The notes beneath the pieces are model-generated. The model did not search any database. It was given only the letters and a program-made list of their open reading frames with translations, and had not been told where the DNA came from. A stretch of DNA of 64,000 bases. Source: Bigelowiella natans CCMP2755 (taxonomy: Eukaryota; Protista; Cercozoa). The stretch spans positions 1 through 64,000 of the forward strand of contig ADNK01000425.1 of the NCBI GenBank assembly GCA_000320545.1. The letters are read 5' to 3'. Positions 34,701-45,076 of this stretch are shown piece after piece; position 1 is the first letter of the stretch, and each line of letters starts with the position of its first letter. The position numbers and the translations under genes are program-made.

Positions 34701-35786
34701 CTATGTTGATTGGCATTCAGAATAGAAGCTGTGTTACTTCGTTGTCCCCTCATTGCATTTTTGAAGCAGCCCTAAAGGAATTTAAGTTTGTCAGCCATCG
34801 AAAAAGTAGGTGACTACTCGATCTCGGGGAGTTTCACAAATATAAATGTAGTAATTGCTAAACAACCTCGACCACTGTATCAGAATATCATGCGTGGAAG
34901 CTGAGTACTAATAACGATTACACGCACAGTACGAGCTGTGTATATACAATAATGTATTCAATACTTGAAGTTCAACAGATAGACGACGATGTGCTTTCGT
35001 TCGGCATGAACCGGGACATCTTCGTTCCAGTTCGTCAAGGAGCGAAATTTTGAATTAAGACGAAAAATTAATAATGAAAAATAAATTTGCAAGAAGTAGA
35101 TCTAGATCTAGATCTAGACTAGATCTATTTATTATATATTAGAGAAAACGGCTTTTATGCGAGATTTTTTGAAACCACGATAAATTATTTTTATTTGCTA
35201 TTAATAAATCGTTCCTTCATGGCACGCGCTATGAAGAGTGAGGCTGTTTTTGGTAAGTGACATCAGATTGCACACCAAAATACCCACAAGATACAAACAA
35301 CGATTATTAGGATTTACTGTCAGTCCTCCAGATGTCTGCTTGTTGACGCATCCGCTGTGGTTATAAGGAAAGTTTTCTAATAATAACTTAATTCTGTTGT
35401 CGTAGTTATATGGACCGCATTGAGTCGATAAATAGCCAACCGCTTTCTGCATCTTACCGAGACCTTTGCACGAGTGCTGGAGTGAAACCTGCAATACAAC
35501 GCAACCAACGTAAATCTTTCATGGTGTCATGCTCAGAATAATGTCGAGATGAAACTTATATATATCATAAAGTAGTAAAGGGCACTCAATTTCTTTTGTT
35601 AATTCAGAATAAGATTAGTATTCTTGTGCGGTGTGAGAGTCTAATGGAGTGTGATCTGCCTGTGTGATTGTTGTACGACTGAATTTTACTTAGAACTTAG
35701 AGCCTGTCTCTCATAAACGTTGTAAGAGCAGGTGACACACAAAAGATAAAATTCAAAGTTGATAAAAATGAAAATTATAAAATGAA

Positions 35787-35833
<47 letters not shown>

Positions 35834-35878
35834 CACATGGATGGATAAGTGTTTTACATAATATATGTAAAATATATG

Positions 35879-35921
<43 letters not shown>

Positions 35922-36069
35922 ATATTCGTGTATGTTTTTTAGAGAAAAACAGAAAGAAATATAAGGGGGGGGTCGAGAGGATGAAACGGAGGGTGGAAAA
36001 TATTAAGACATAGATGCACCCCGGATAAAATACAGAAAGCTCACTTAACCAACCCCACAGGATAGCAAA

Positions 36070-37544
36070 ATGGGACAGGTCTTCGCAAGTCTCTTTTCGA
36101 AGAAACCTGCTTGTGATATATTTGTTGATATCGAAAGTAATAGCACCTAAATATATCTAACAATTTAGAATTGGAAAATGCTGAAAAATACTGCAGAACT
36201 GCTGATCTCACATGATAATTATTAATTTATGAATTTCGCAGATGCAAAACCGTCCGAGAGGGAACAAAAAACATACGGGGAGGTGAAGGAGATTCTTGCC
36301 AAAAACGAAGCAGTCATGAAGTTGATCATAGAGTACAAGGGATGTCAAAGTCTTTGTCGTGAGGTCGTCTACTAAATTATTTCTCCTTTACTTTGTACGA
36401 CTACCAGTATGAATTTCATACATTCACCGGAAACATCAGGCTATGCAAAATGCTAATGAGGAGACAGAAACTGCCGCTTTTGAGGGACTACTCAAAACAA
36501 TCGATTCGATCCAGCAAATCCATATTCACTCGAAGGATATTGGTATCTTAAACAATGATATAATATACGAAATTACAATAATTTCTTTTTAAATCCAAAG
36601 GAACGGCCTGTCAGCTCCTTCTTGAAGCTCTTTCAAAGGATGATGCCAAGCAAACACTGGAGGATCAACAAGCTTTGGTGAAGCAGTTTGGAGACACTTT
36701 GGTGTTTATAATTGACTTCGACCAGAAACGTCTTGAGTGCCCTCAACTATCAAATGACTTTGCATTTTACCGGCGTCTCCTTCCGAAGTTTCCAAAGCAT
36801 CCCGGCGTTAGGTAATATTCTAAATATGTACTATGACATTTGAATGAATAGTATGTATCTTCAGGGTGAAGGCAGAAGAAGCTTCGTCAATGGCACTTTT
36901 TACCGCGAAGTCGTTCCCAATGATCAGCGCTATGGCACAGGCCACGTCCGAAATAATGGAATCGGTACTGCACACAAACTGATTATGATGATTGTACCTC
37001 TAAAACATCGGCAGGCAGCAACTCTTCTTTTACGACGTGTCTAGATAATAAGCCGTCAGATGCTCCATTACCTTTCCAAATATGGAAGTTCAGAAGTTGA
37101 GTGGATTTTGATTTGAATAATTTTCCAGAATGATCAGATCCTTGCCCTCGTTGGAACAATGGCAAATGCTTGCTACAATATGCTCAGCAAGAAGAAGTAC
37201 CGATTCTCGCCTATTTTCATCCAGGGCTATCTAATTCAATTTTGTTATTAGCTTCGAGAACCAGGATACGAACAATTTCTTGGCAAAAGCTATGACTGGA
37301 GCCATTGTCTTATATGATAATGTCAGCGATAGTGGAGTTTTTGTTAGGAGTAGCCACGTGCAGGTAATTTATCAACCTCTGTTTTTCCTGCAAGTTGATT
37401 ATAATTTTTTCGCAGATCAAGGATGCGATAAAGTTGTTGAAGAAGGATTTCAAGGATAATCCCTACTTGCTAAATGCAGTGCGATATTTCACGAAGCATT
37501 TTCGTGACGATTGCCCAGCGAATATTGCAGCTCTGTTTGACTAG
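36070..37544 (+). CDS. CYRI: CYRI/FAM49 (DUF1394) Rac1-binding regulator, multi-exon
   Basis: MGQVFAS (Gly2 myristoylation context), DIFVDIE/NAKP, DQQALVKQF, NDFAFYRR, MSLFTA, IVLYD and LLNAVRYFTKH are colinear with FAM49; stop TAG at 37542-37544. Confidence 0.93.
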
Positions 37545-37949
37545 TTGCATACATTTGAAGAGCTGGATAAATGGAATTTGCAACGTGATTTGGGGCTGTA
37601 GTATTATGTCAAGAAAATCTGTAGAATCGGGAATGTTCATACAAGATGTATAGCCCACAATAAAATAGATAACCATCTAAACACACTATAAGAGTCTCCA
37701 TTCGGAGAGGGTAAGTTTTTGCAATGCTGTGAAGACCTACATCTAGACATAAGAGGTTAATACTAAAGAATCGAACCCATGCGATGGTTCGGTTTTCATC
37801 ATTTTGAAATCTGCGCTTTCTTTTCGGTTTTAACTTTCGCATAACGTCATCATGTGATGAATTTGTTATCACCGTTTTGTATTCATGGTGGGTGTGGAAC
37901 ACGTGTGTTGTGTGAGCAATTCTTAAAATCAAAGTCACCACAGCGCTGA

Positions 37950-38235
37950 GTTATCCCTTAGTCTAGATGCACATGTCATTGCGGTGATGCATTGCATCAT
38001 CATGATGCGAAACATGCACACATTGCATGCATTGACTAGCTAGTAGTTGAATGCACATGGCGATGCGATCGATCGCACGACAACGCATGCAGGGCGTAGA
38101 CACTGGCTAGCCACATCTTGCACATCTAGACATGTGTGTGTGCACGCACGCACATTCGATCTAGTATTATAGACACTATGTCTATTATTAGTATACTACT
38201 AGCTTGCATTATAGACACGTTATAACGTACGTAAT

Positions 38236-38277
<42 letters not shown>

Positions 38278-38660
38278 TATTATATTATGTGTTACTATAT
38301 GTCTATTATAAGTATACTTATTATAGACACGTAATATCATATATATATTATACATATACATATACATTTCATTACATCCGGCTCATATATATATATATGC
38401 TATTACTATGTCTATTATTTGCTAACTAGCAGCTGCGCTAGCGATGTTCACGATTCTCAATGATATGATCGCGATCGAATGGCTAGCTAGCTAGCCATAG
38501 CCAACGAAATGCAGGAACAGACAAGTTTCGCAACGTACGTACGTGACGTCACGGACGTGGCAGCGAAAGACACTGTGTCGCTGTTTTATATTATTGATCG
38601 CCGCTGCGATTAGTGCTGTCTGGCAGCCGACTGTGCAACTAGCAGAGGCAATTGACAATT
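37950..38660. other. Palindrome-rich intergenic block 6
   Basis: TGCA/CGATCG/TAGCTA/ACGT words plus a (TA)n tract between the convergent CYRI and membrane-protein 3' ends. Confidence 0.65.
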
Positions 38661-38753
38661 GACGCCTCGGTCGTTAAATGGCATCAATTGTGTAAATGTA
38701 ATTAATTTGACCGTTTTTCAGATTCTTGAACGATGTCACTACTTTCTTTTTTT

Positions 38754-40470
38754 TCACTTCAGTGTGACTCGACTACCGTAAAAGACAAGGCACTGGTTCC
38801 CTCCAAGAGCAGCTGCAGTCATAAGGTCGTTGAATACTTCGTACTTTTCTTGCTTTTTTCTAACCACGTCGGAGTAAGAGACATTGTGATGCCCATTCAT
38901 TATTGACATTACACCATGGATAACGAGTAAAGGACCAAAGGTGTATGCGACAAGAAGCATTGCACACGAAAAATTTCTAAGATGGGGCATCAATGACACT
39001 GAAAAGTTTATTAATGACACCTTCGGCGTGGATATCCTATATACTCTCTCTTTAGGTGTCGCAATTGACACTGATTTTTCATCTCGTCCTGGTAGCTGTT
39101 GCTGGGTTGTTTCGGTCGCTTGCGAACTCACGTTACTATTCACCGTTTTTGAAATGATCATCAACTCCCTGGAGCTCGACGATCTAGTGATTCCTTGTGA
39201 GATTTTGCCTTCCAGCTCAATGTCTCCATTGCTTTCTCGGTTGACCTTCTTCAACCGCTTGATTGACAGCTGGACCTTCTTGCGTGTTCTGCGATTTTCC
39301 ACTGTTTCTTTCTCATTATTTTTCTCTTCCACCATACTCTTCATCTCCGCTAGGCTATGATATATTTATTTATCGATCAACAAATTATGTGCTCGGTAAT
39401 GTTAATTTTAATTCCACAAGTCTACTATTGCTACCGAATGTTATTGAGATGTTTCCTTTGCTTTTCCTTGTGATCTTTCAATGTTGTGGCTATTCTGAAT
39501 TAATAAGAATACGAGTCATCATGAAGAGCGATGTATGTATCTGTCGGATAGTAGCGAAAGGGAACAGGGGTACTTAATAAAAGGTCTTAGTACCTTCTTA
39601 ATATAATAATGTTTTTCGTCGCCAGTGTGATAGCCCAAACACCTCCTATTATCTTTCCTATTGCCCTATTTTTTTCAAATAAGAATCAATTCGATCATTC
39701 TAAAGGAAAAGGACATGGAGATACTATCCCTCTTTATTTCCTCCCCAGAATATACTACATCCGTAAATAGGCCAAATAAAACCAAAGTTAGAATTAGGTT
39801 CCTATTTCTTGACTTGTTAAATATAGTGTCTCTCACATCCATATCGCAGAGTCAGTGGTTAGGACACAGGGGATCTCAATCAAAACTGCCGTTATCGATA
39901 CGATGGATACGAAAGCCGATATTCTTGAATGTAGAACTAAGTCTTTGTCGGAGATGTTAAAGGTGTTAGAAATTGTAGCAATCTCAGAGAGTGTGTGTAT
40001 CAATCGGTAGTCAATAATGCCCACCTGATGAGGAAAACGAATCAACCAAACAAAGTCGTCAGAAAGATCTTGAAGCTTCTATCTTGAACATAGAGATGAT
40101 ACCATTGCCATCATCAGTATGATGTAAAAGCGAGTAAGAAGAGCATGTGCTTGCCACGATATAAACTCAATACTCAACCATGAATAGTAAAGAATCAGAT
40201 CCAACGCCACCCTAACATAATGCAAATCATCCGATTGATTAATGAATGAGATGGCATCAAAAAGACAACCACGCATCTCCCCCAACACAGAACAACACCA
40301 ACTGTCTTTTATTTACATTATTGTCCCGCGAGCCAGCTGGGTCTGCACCCAGGTTGTAGCCTTCTGTCCATTCACAAATGCGATAACAAGCTGGATTGTT
40401 GCAAATACGGCTTTGGCGATGTTACTTATCACAAAAGGGAACGGTGGACCCATCTCGTTAGGGAGGGGAT
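38754..40470 (-). CDS. Uncharacterised multi-pass membrane protein with a central charged/coiled segment, multi-exon
   Basis: Hydrophobic ORF segments (40290-40470, 40079-40288, 39833-40078) and a long exon 38754-~39355 with a charged stretch followed by hydrophobic helices. No family recognised. Confidence 0.45.
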
Positions 40471-40724
40471 ATTTCTTTTGAATCTTTTATTCTCCCCTCC
40501 TCCTCCTCCTCCTCCTCCTCCTCCTCCTTTTGTTGTTCTTCGTAGTTGAATCCTTCTTCGTAGTTATAATTCCATTACAGCGTATTACAGATGATCCAGT
40601 AGTAATAATATCTAGTAGTAGTAGTACTTAGTAGTACGAACGACGACTAGCACCAGTTAACATGCACCTAGACGCACCTCTTCTCTACCTTGCGACAGGA
40701 CAATGTCTTGTCGCATCCTTCAAT

Positions 40725-40780
40725 TTCCAACTATGTTTTTTTATTCACCGATGTGATTTTCAGTGGATGTTGTTAGTTTA
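40725..40780 (-). mobile_element. Dispersed retroposon-like 3' tail, copy D (degenerate)
   Basis: TTCCAACTATGTTTTTTTATTCACCGATGTGATTTTCAGTGGATGTTGT, similar to copies A and E. Confidence 0.55.
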
Positions 40781-41271
40781 GACCCGTTCCACGCAAAGAC
40801 CCGTTCCACGCAAATACAAACTGACCAACCAACTGACCAACCACCTTCGATATCACCTAATTTAATTTATTTTATTTTCGAAGCGCCTTTTTATGAAGAC
40901 TGACCAACCAAAGTTTGAAAAGTGACCGTTTTACAACTTCAAACCGACCAGTCGGAACTGACCAGTGTTGTCATGTTGTTGTCTGGTGCAAAATAAGAAA
41001 AAATCCAAAAACAACATGATTTTTCTCGTTATGTCATCTCACGCACATCATGCTGATGTCAAACCGAACAACATGTGCAAAATATGAGAAAGTCAAAAAT
41101 TGTATGGCAAAACATAGCAAAATTTTTGTTGGTCAGATTGGTTGGTCAGTCAGTTTTGCATTTGCGTGGAACGAGCAAAAATCCATGAAAATCAACATCC
41201 AAAATCACCAAAAAAAAACCAACGCAGATTGGTTGGTCGGTTGGTCAGTTTGTACTTGCGTGGAACGGGTC
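40781..41271. mobile_element. PIF/Harbinger-like MITE (non-autonomous, 491 bp)
   Basis: TIRs of about 45 bp (left GACCCGTTCCACGCAAATACAAACTGACCAACC from 40798, with its first 17 bp duplicated at 40781; right ...GGTTGGTCAGTTTGTACTTGCGTGGAACGGGTC ending at 41271). TTA flanks both ends (40778-40780, 41272-41274); no coding capacity. Confidence 0.8.
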
Positions 41272-41350
41272 TTAGTTAGTTATTCACGCCCTTGACTTCC
41301 CAGCTAGATCTATGTTGTTACACCGAAGTGATTTTCATAGTGGATGTTGT
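41272..41350 (-). mobile_element. Dispersed retroposon-like 3' tail, copy E
   Basis: TTAGTTAGTTATTCACGCCCTTGACTTCCCAGCTAGATCTATGTTGTTACACCGAAGTGATTTTCATAGTGGATGTTGT. Confidence 0.65.
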
Positions 41351-41569
41351 CTCATAACGGACATTGCGAAAGTCAAAAATTGTATGGCAAAACATAGCAA
41401 AATTTTTGACTTATAGGACTAATAAACTTTTTTCTTTTTAATTTTAGGTTTGAGGCGCTTATTTTTTGGGTTTGAGGCTTTTATTCTGGTAAATTTAACG
41501 ATGTCTCATAACGAAGAACATCGAACATCAAGAACATCGAAGAACAACAACACATCGAACAACACATCA

Positions 41570-41858
41570 AACAACCCATCCAACAACACAAGAAAGAACG
41601 AGAAAAGAACGAGACAAAAGGAGCATCATTGATTGATCATCAAACAACACATCCAACAACACAAGAAAGAACGAGAAAAGAACGAGACAAAAGGAGCATC
41701 ATTGATTGATCATCAAACAACACATCCAACAACACAAGAAAGAACGAGAAAAGAACGAGACAAAAGGAGCATCATTGATTGATCATCAAACAACACATCC
41801 AACAATACAAGAAAGAACGAGAAAAGAAGGAGACAAAAGGAGCATCATTGATTGATCA
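41570..41858. repeat. 73-bp tandem repeat, about 4 copies
   Basis: The unit word CAACAA(C/T)ACAAGAAAGAACGAG recurs at 41581, 41654, 41727 and 41800. Confidence 0.95.
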
Positions 41859-42405
41859 ACGAGGGGCCACATGAATCATCATCATCCCCTCCCTCAGCCT
41901 CCTCACATAGCATAACCAGGCAGAAATTATTAGGTATGGGGAACAGGGCATCCATGCTCCTTCCCCTTCTGTTTTCATACCCGCTAAGGCTGAGCGGCAG
42001 CAAATGGCACATATTTGAACCGAGTAGTGAGAAGCTGGAATGTGAGAAATGTGGGCGGAGATTCATGCAGACGTCGGCCTTCCGAAATCATCGGCTAAGG
42101 CATAACATCGGAGCTGTTAACAAGCACAGACCGTCAGAATCCAAATTTAGGTAGAATTCGATTATCATCTCCTATCGTAGAAGTACCGATCCAAAATGCA
42201 AACTCAACGAGTGCCAATGACATTGATGATGATGTGTGATGATTATATTCGGAATTAGATGTTCTACATGCAGACGAGTCTTCAGAGTTGCTTCATTATT
42301 TGCATTCCATCGACAAAAGTACCATCGCCACCCTCTGCTCTGTTTTCTGACCCCCCCCCCCCCACAGCGCTAGAACTGTTCTAAGATCTGCCAGCTCACA
42401 CAAAC

Positions 42406-42454
<49 letters not shown>

Positions 42455-44457
42455 AACCGTTCTAAGATCTGGCTGCTTCTAGATGTGCTCAGGGTTACAG
42501 CAGGACCAAGAGTCATTTCAGGTGTAGACTGTGTGGGGTCGTCGTCCACTTTTCCAAGGTTCGTCTGGATATCTCCTCCTGTGATATACTACTATTGAGA
42601 TGTAACTGTGCAGCAGGAGCTAGCTCTTATTTCCTGATACGTTGTTGTTGTTGCTGCTGCTTAGGGAGACAATCTCAAAAAACATCATGAGTGCAGAAAA
42701 AGTGAAGGAGACACAAGCTGGAATTTGTGGTGTGTCTTGTTTCGAAATCAATACTGTTTTGTACGTTTTGACTCTCGACTCTTGTCAAGATGTTTTATTA
42801 CTACTCAAGGTGTACTGACTGTGGACGGAGATTTAAGAGAGCAAGCACACTGGCTTCGCATAGGATGAAGCAGTTAGTTGATAACTACCATGTGATTTAT
42901 ATTTGACGTATGATCTTCTCTCAGATGCTCAAATTTTACTTGTTCATTTTGTCTCGATGGGGGTGTAAAAGATAGTCTGGTAACAACTAAATCTTTAGGA
43001 AATTATATGAGGACTAAGCCCCCTAAATGCAATAATAAAAGGCACTAAATCGCATTTCTTCAAACTAAATCTGTGTTTTTAGTTTCCTACTTATCCTACT
43101 CGAGCAAAGCTAAATAGCCACCAACGCAAGTGTCACTCTAAGGTACGAAAAATTGTTTACTCAATTGGAGAATATTCGCGTTTTTGTTTTCAAGCACGCG
43201 CGCGCGCGTGTGTGCGTGTGTGCGTGTGTGTGTGATTGTGAGTGTGCGTGTTTATAGGAGGTGAATCGAAGTCGAAGTATTTGGAATTTGCGAGAAGACG
43301 ATGTTTCACGAGTAAGAAAAATACTGGGTCCTGTTGTTCATCCAATAAATAGTTTCTGGATTAGGTCTTGGAAGAGATTTTGGGGGGCCACACAGATGGA
43401 GGAGAGTAAGTTTTTTTTTTACTTGCTATGATGTTGAGTAAAATAAAGTGATCGCGAAAATAGGAGGGAAGACCCCAGAGAAATAGTGAAAAAATTGGCT
43501 GAAAGTTTTGGAGACATCCACAAAAACTGGAAGCTGTAAGTACCTATGGATAGCTCCATCTACTCATTAATAAATCTCATCTTTTCCAGTGAATCAAAGA
43601 TGATCACTTTATTTCAGATTTGAAGCAGATAATAGCACCATTGAAGAGGGAAACTTCCCTCCATTTCCGAAAGTTCCGCTTGCAAATAAGCAAAACAGCA
43701 TTGGTAATTTTACATGAATATTGTTCTATTCCACACCTAATTTATGATGAATATATTCTGTATAGAAAAGCAACGTGGCAACATTATTTTGCCTGGTGAT
43801 AAAAGTTTCATTCAACCAACCGGGCTCACATTCACAGACTACATTGTGAACGTTGCTAGAAACAACACCGACGTGGGGCTTCGCTTGGTGTGCAAATCTT
43901 ACATCAATGATAACAACACCGATATTTCCTGACAATCTATTATCTCTCTTTTCAAGATTTCTCCATATTGAGGAGAATTGAGGTTTGTAATGTCAGGTAT
44001 CTACGTGTTATATTCGGTGGCATCCTGACAAAGTTGTGCCTCGACTCAAGTCAAGGTTCAATAAATTCTAGTTTTTATAGGATGCTACGTAATGTATTTC
44101 ACCTTAAATAATAAGGTGCAACAGCAAGGAGATGATTTCGATTGTGAAAGCTGCGGCAAATAATGTCAGTAGAACTCTCACCTGGGTAATTTCATTCTAT
44201 GGGTCAAAATTTTCATGAGCCACTGAGTCAATCGTCACAATAAAATCCTTGAATTTGAGTTTAGATACATTTTCTATTGCAAATAAAAGTTTATGCTGTT
44301 GAACATTTCGTGTGTAGTTGAAAACCGAGATCGAAAAGTGGGCAGTATCTCCCTAGACGAGCAGCTTTCTGCAGCAGCGGATAACGTTCAATGCATGTCG
44401 ATGAACGAAAAGGATAATTTCTTCTGGTTTGATATTATTCCAGGCTCAGAGCTTTAG
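41852..44457 (+). CDS. Zinc-finger protein (C2H2-type fingers) with a C-terminal RWHPDK motif, multi-exon; 5' end unresolved
   Basis: CEKCGRRFMQTSAFRNHRLRH; in-frame splice KFR/CSTCRRVFRVASLFAFHRQKYH; possible third finger CRLCGVVVHFSK/GDNLKKHHEC; downstream exons IRWHPDKVVPRLKS, EMISIVKAAANNVSRTLT and ...FDIIPGSEL*. Linkage of all exons into one gene is inferred. Confidence 0.5.
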
Positions 44458-44479
44458 CAAAATAATGTCTCACCACAAG

Positions 44480-44950
44480 GTTGCATGCGACGTAAGTCTC
44501 TCCAACGTACAACGCACCATCGAGTAACTGTGCACGCATGCTAGACGCTCTAGCGCTACATATAAGCGCGGCGCTATTGCAGCAAGGCCGATGCCAGTAT
44601 GCTAGTAGTTCGCAAGACCGGCCTTCACGATTAAGACAGTCGTCTTTTTATAAATAACGCTCTAGACGTGCAATTGACGATGACAAGGGGATATGCACGT
44701 GCTCATCCCACATACAGCTTTGGCAATTGCACAACCACATACACGCATGCATCGTAACCTACCAGCAGACGTGAGATACGATGTGTGCGTCTGAAGCCCA
44801 ACGCCCCAGCTGCCGCATTACGTACGCTAATAAGTCGCTTGGATAAGTAAGTGAAATATGCCGCCTATTTTTGGCCTCCAAAAGTGGGAAAGTCAATTCA
44901 TTCGTTAACAAAAACGTGAACGTAACCATGCTGCCGCATGTGAAGTGCTT
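44480..44950. other. Palindrome-rich intergenic block 7
   Basis: GCATGC/CTAG/GCGC/TGCA-rich stretch between the convergent zinc-finger and MazG-like 3' ends. Confidence 0.6.
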
Positions 44951-45076
44951 TGAGTGCACAAGGACGTGTTTTGTATTGTTGCATGGCTGGCAGGTGAGGA
45001 TTAATTACCTGCTATATGTACTTATGTTGAAATTGTGCTTAATAACTTTTTGTTTTAGCTTAGAATTGATATTAAT

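Noticed and set aside
35201-35494. 97-aa minus-strand ORF
   Set aside because: No recognisable motif or clear exon partners; it cannot be supported as a gene.
40079-40081. In-frame TAG between two hydrophobic ORF segments, suggesting a pseudogene or readthrough
   Set aside because: The TAG can serve as a normal 3' splice acceptor, with a CTGAT branch-like motif and candidate GT donors upstream, so there is no evidence of inactivation.
41570-41858. CRISPR-like array
   Set aside because: The units are identical head-to-tail with no unique spacers and no cas genes; the same applies to the 48931-49115 minisatellite.
41990-42110. BED finger / hAT transposase remnant (W-x-x-F...CxxC...TS...H...H)
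   Set aside because: The segment splices in frame to a second C2H2 finger, and I found no transposase core or hAT TIR/8-bp TSD; a host zinc-finger gene explains it better.
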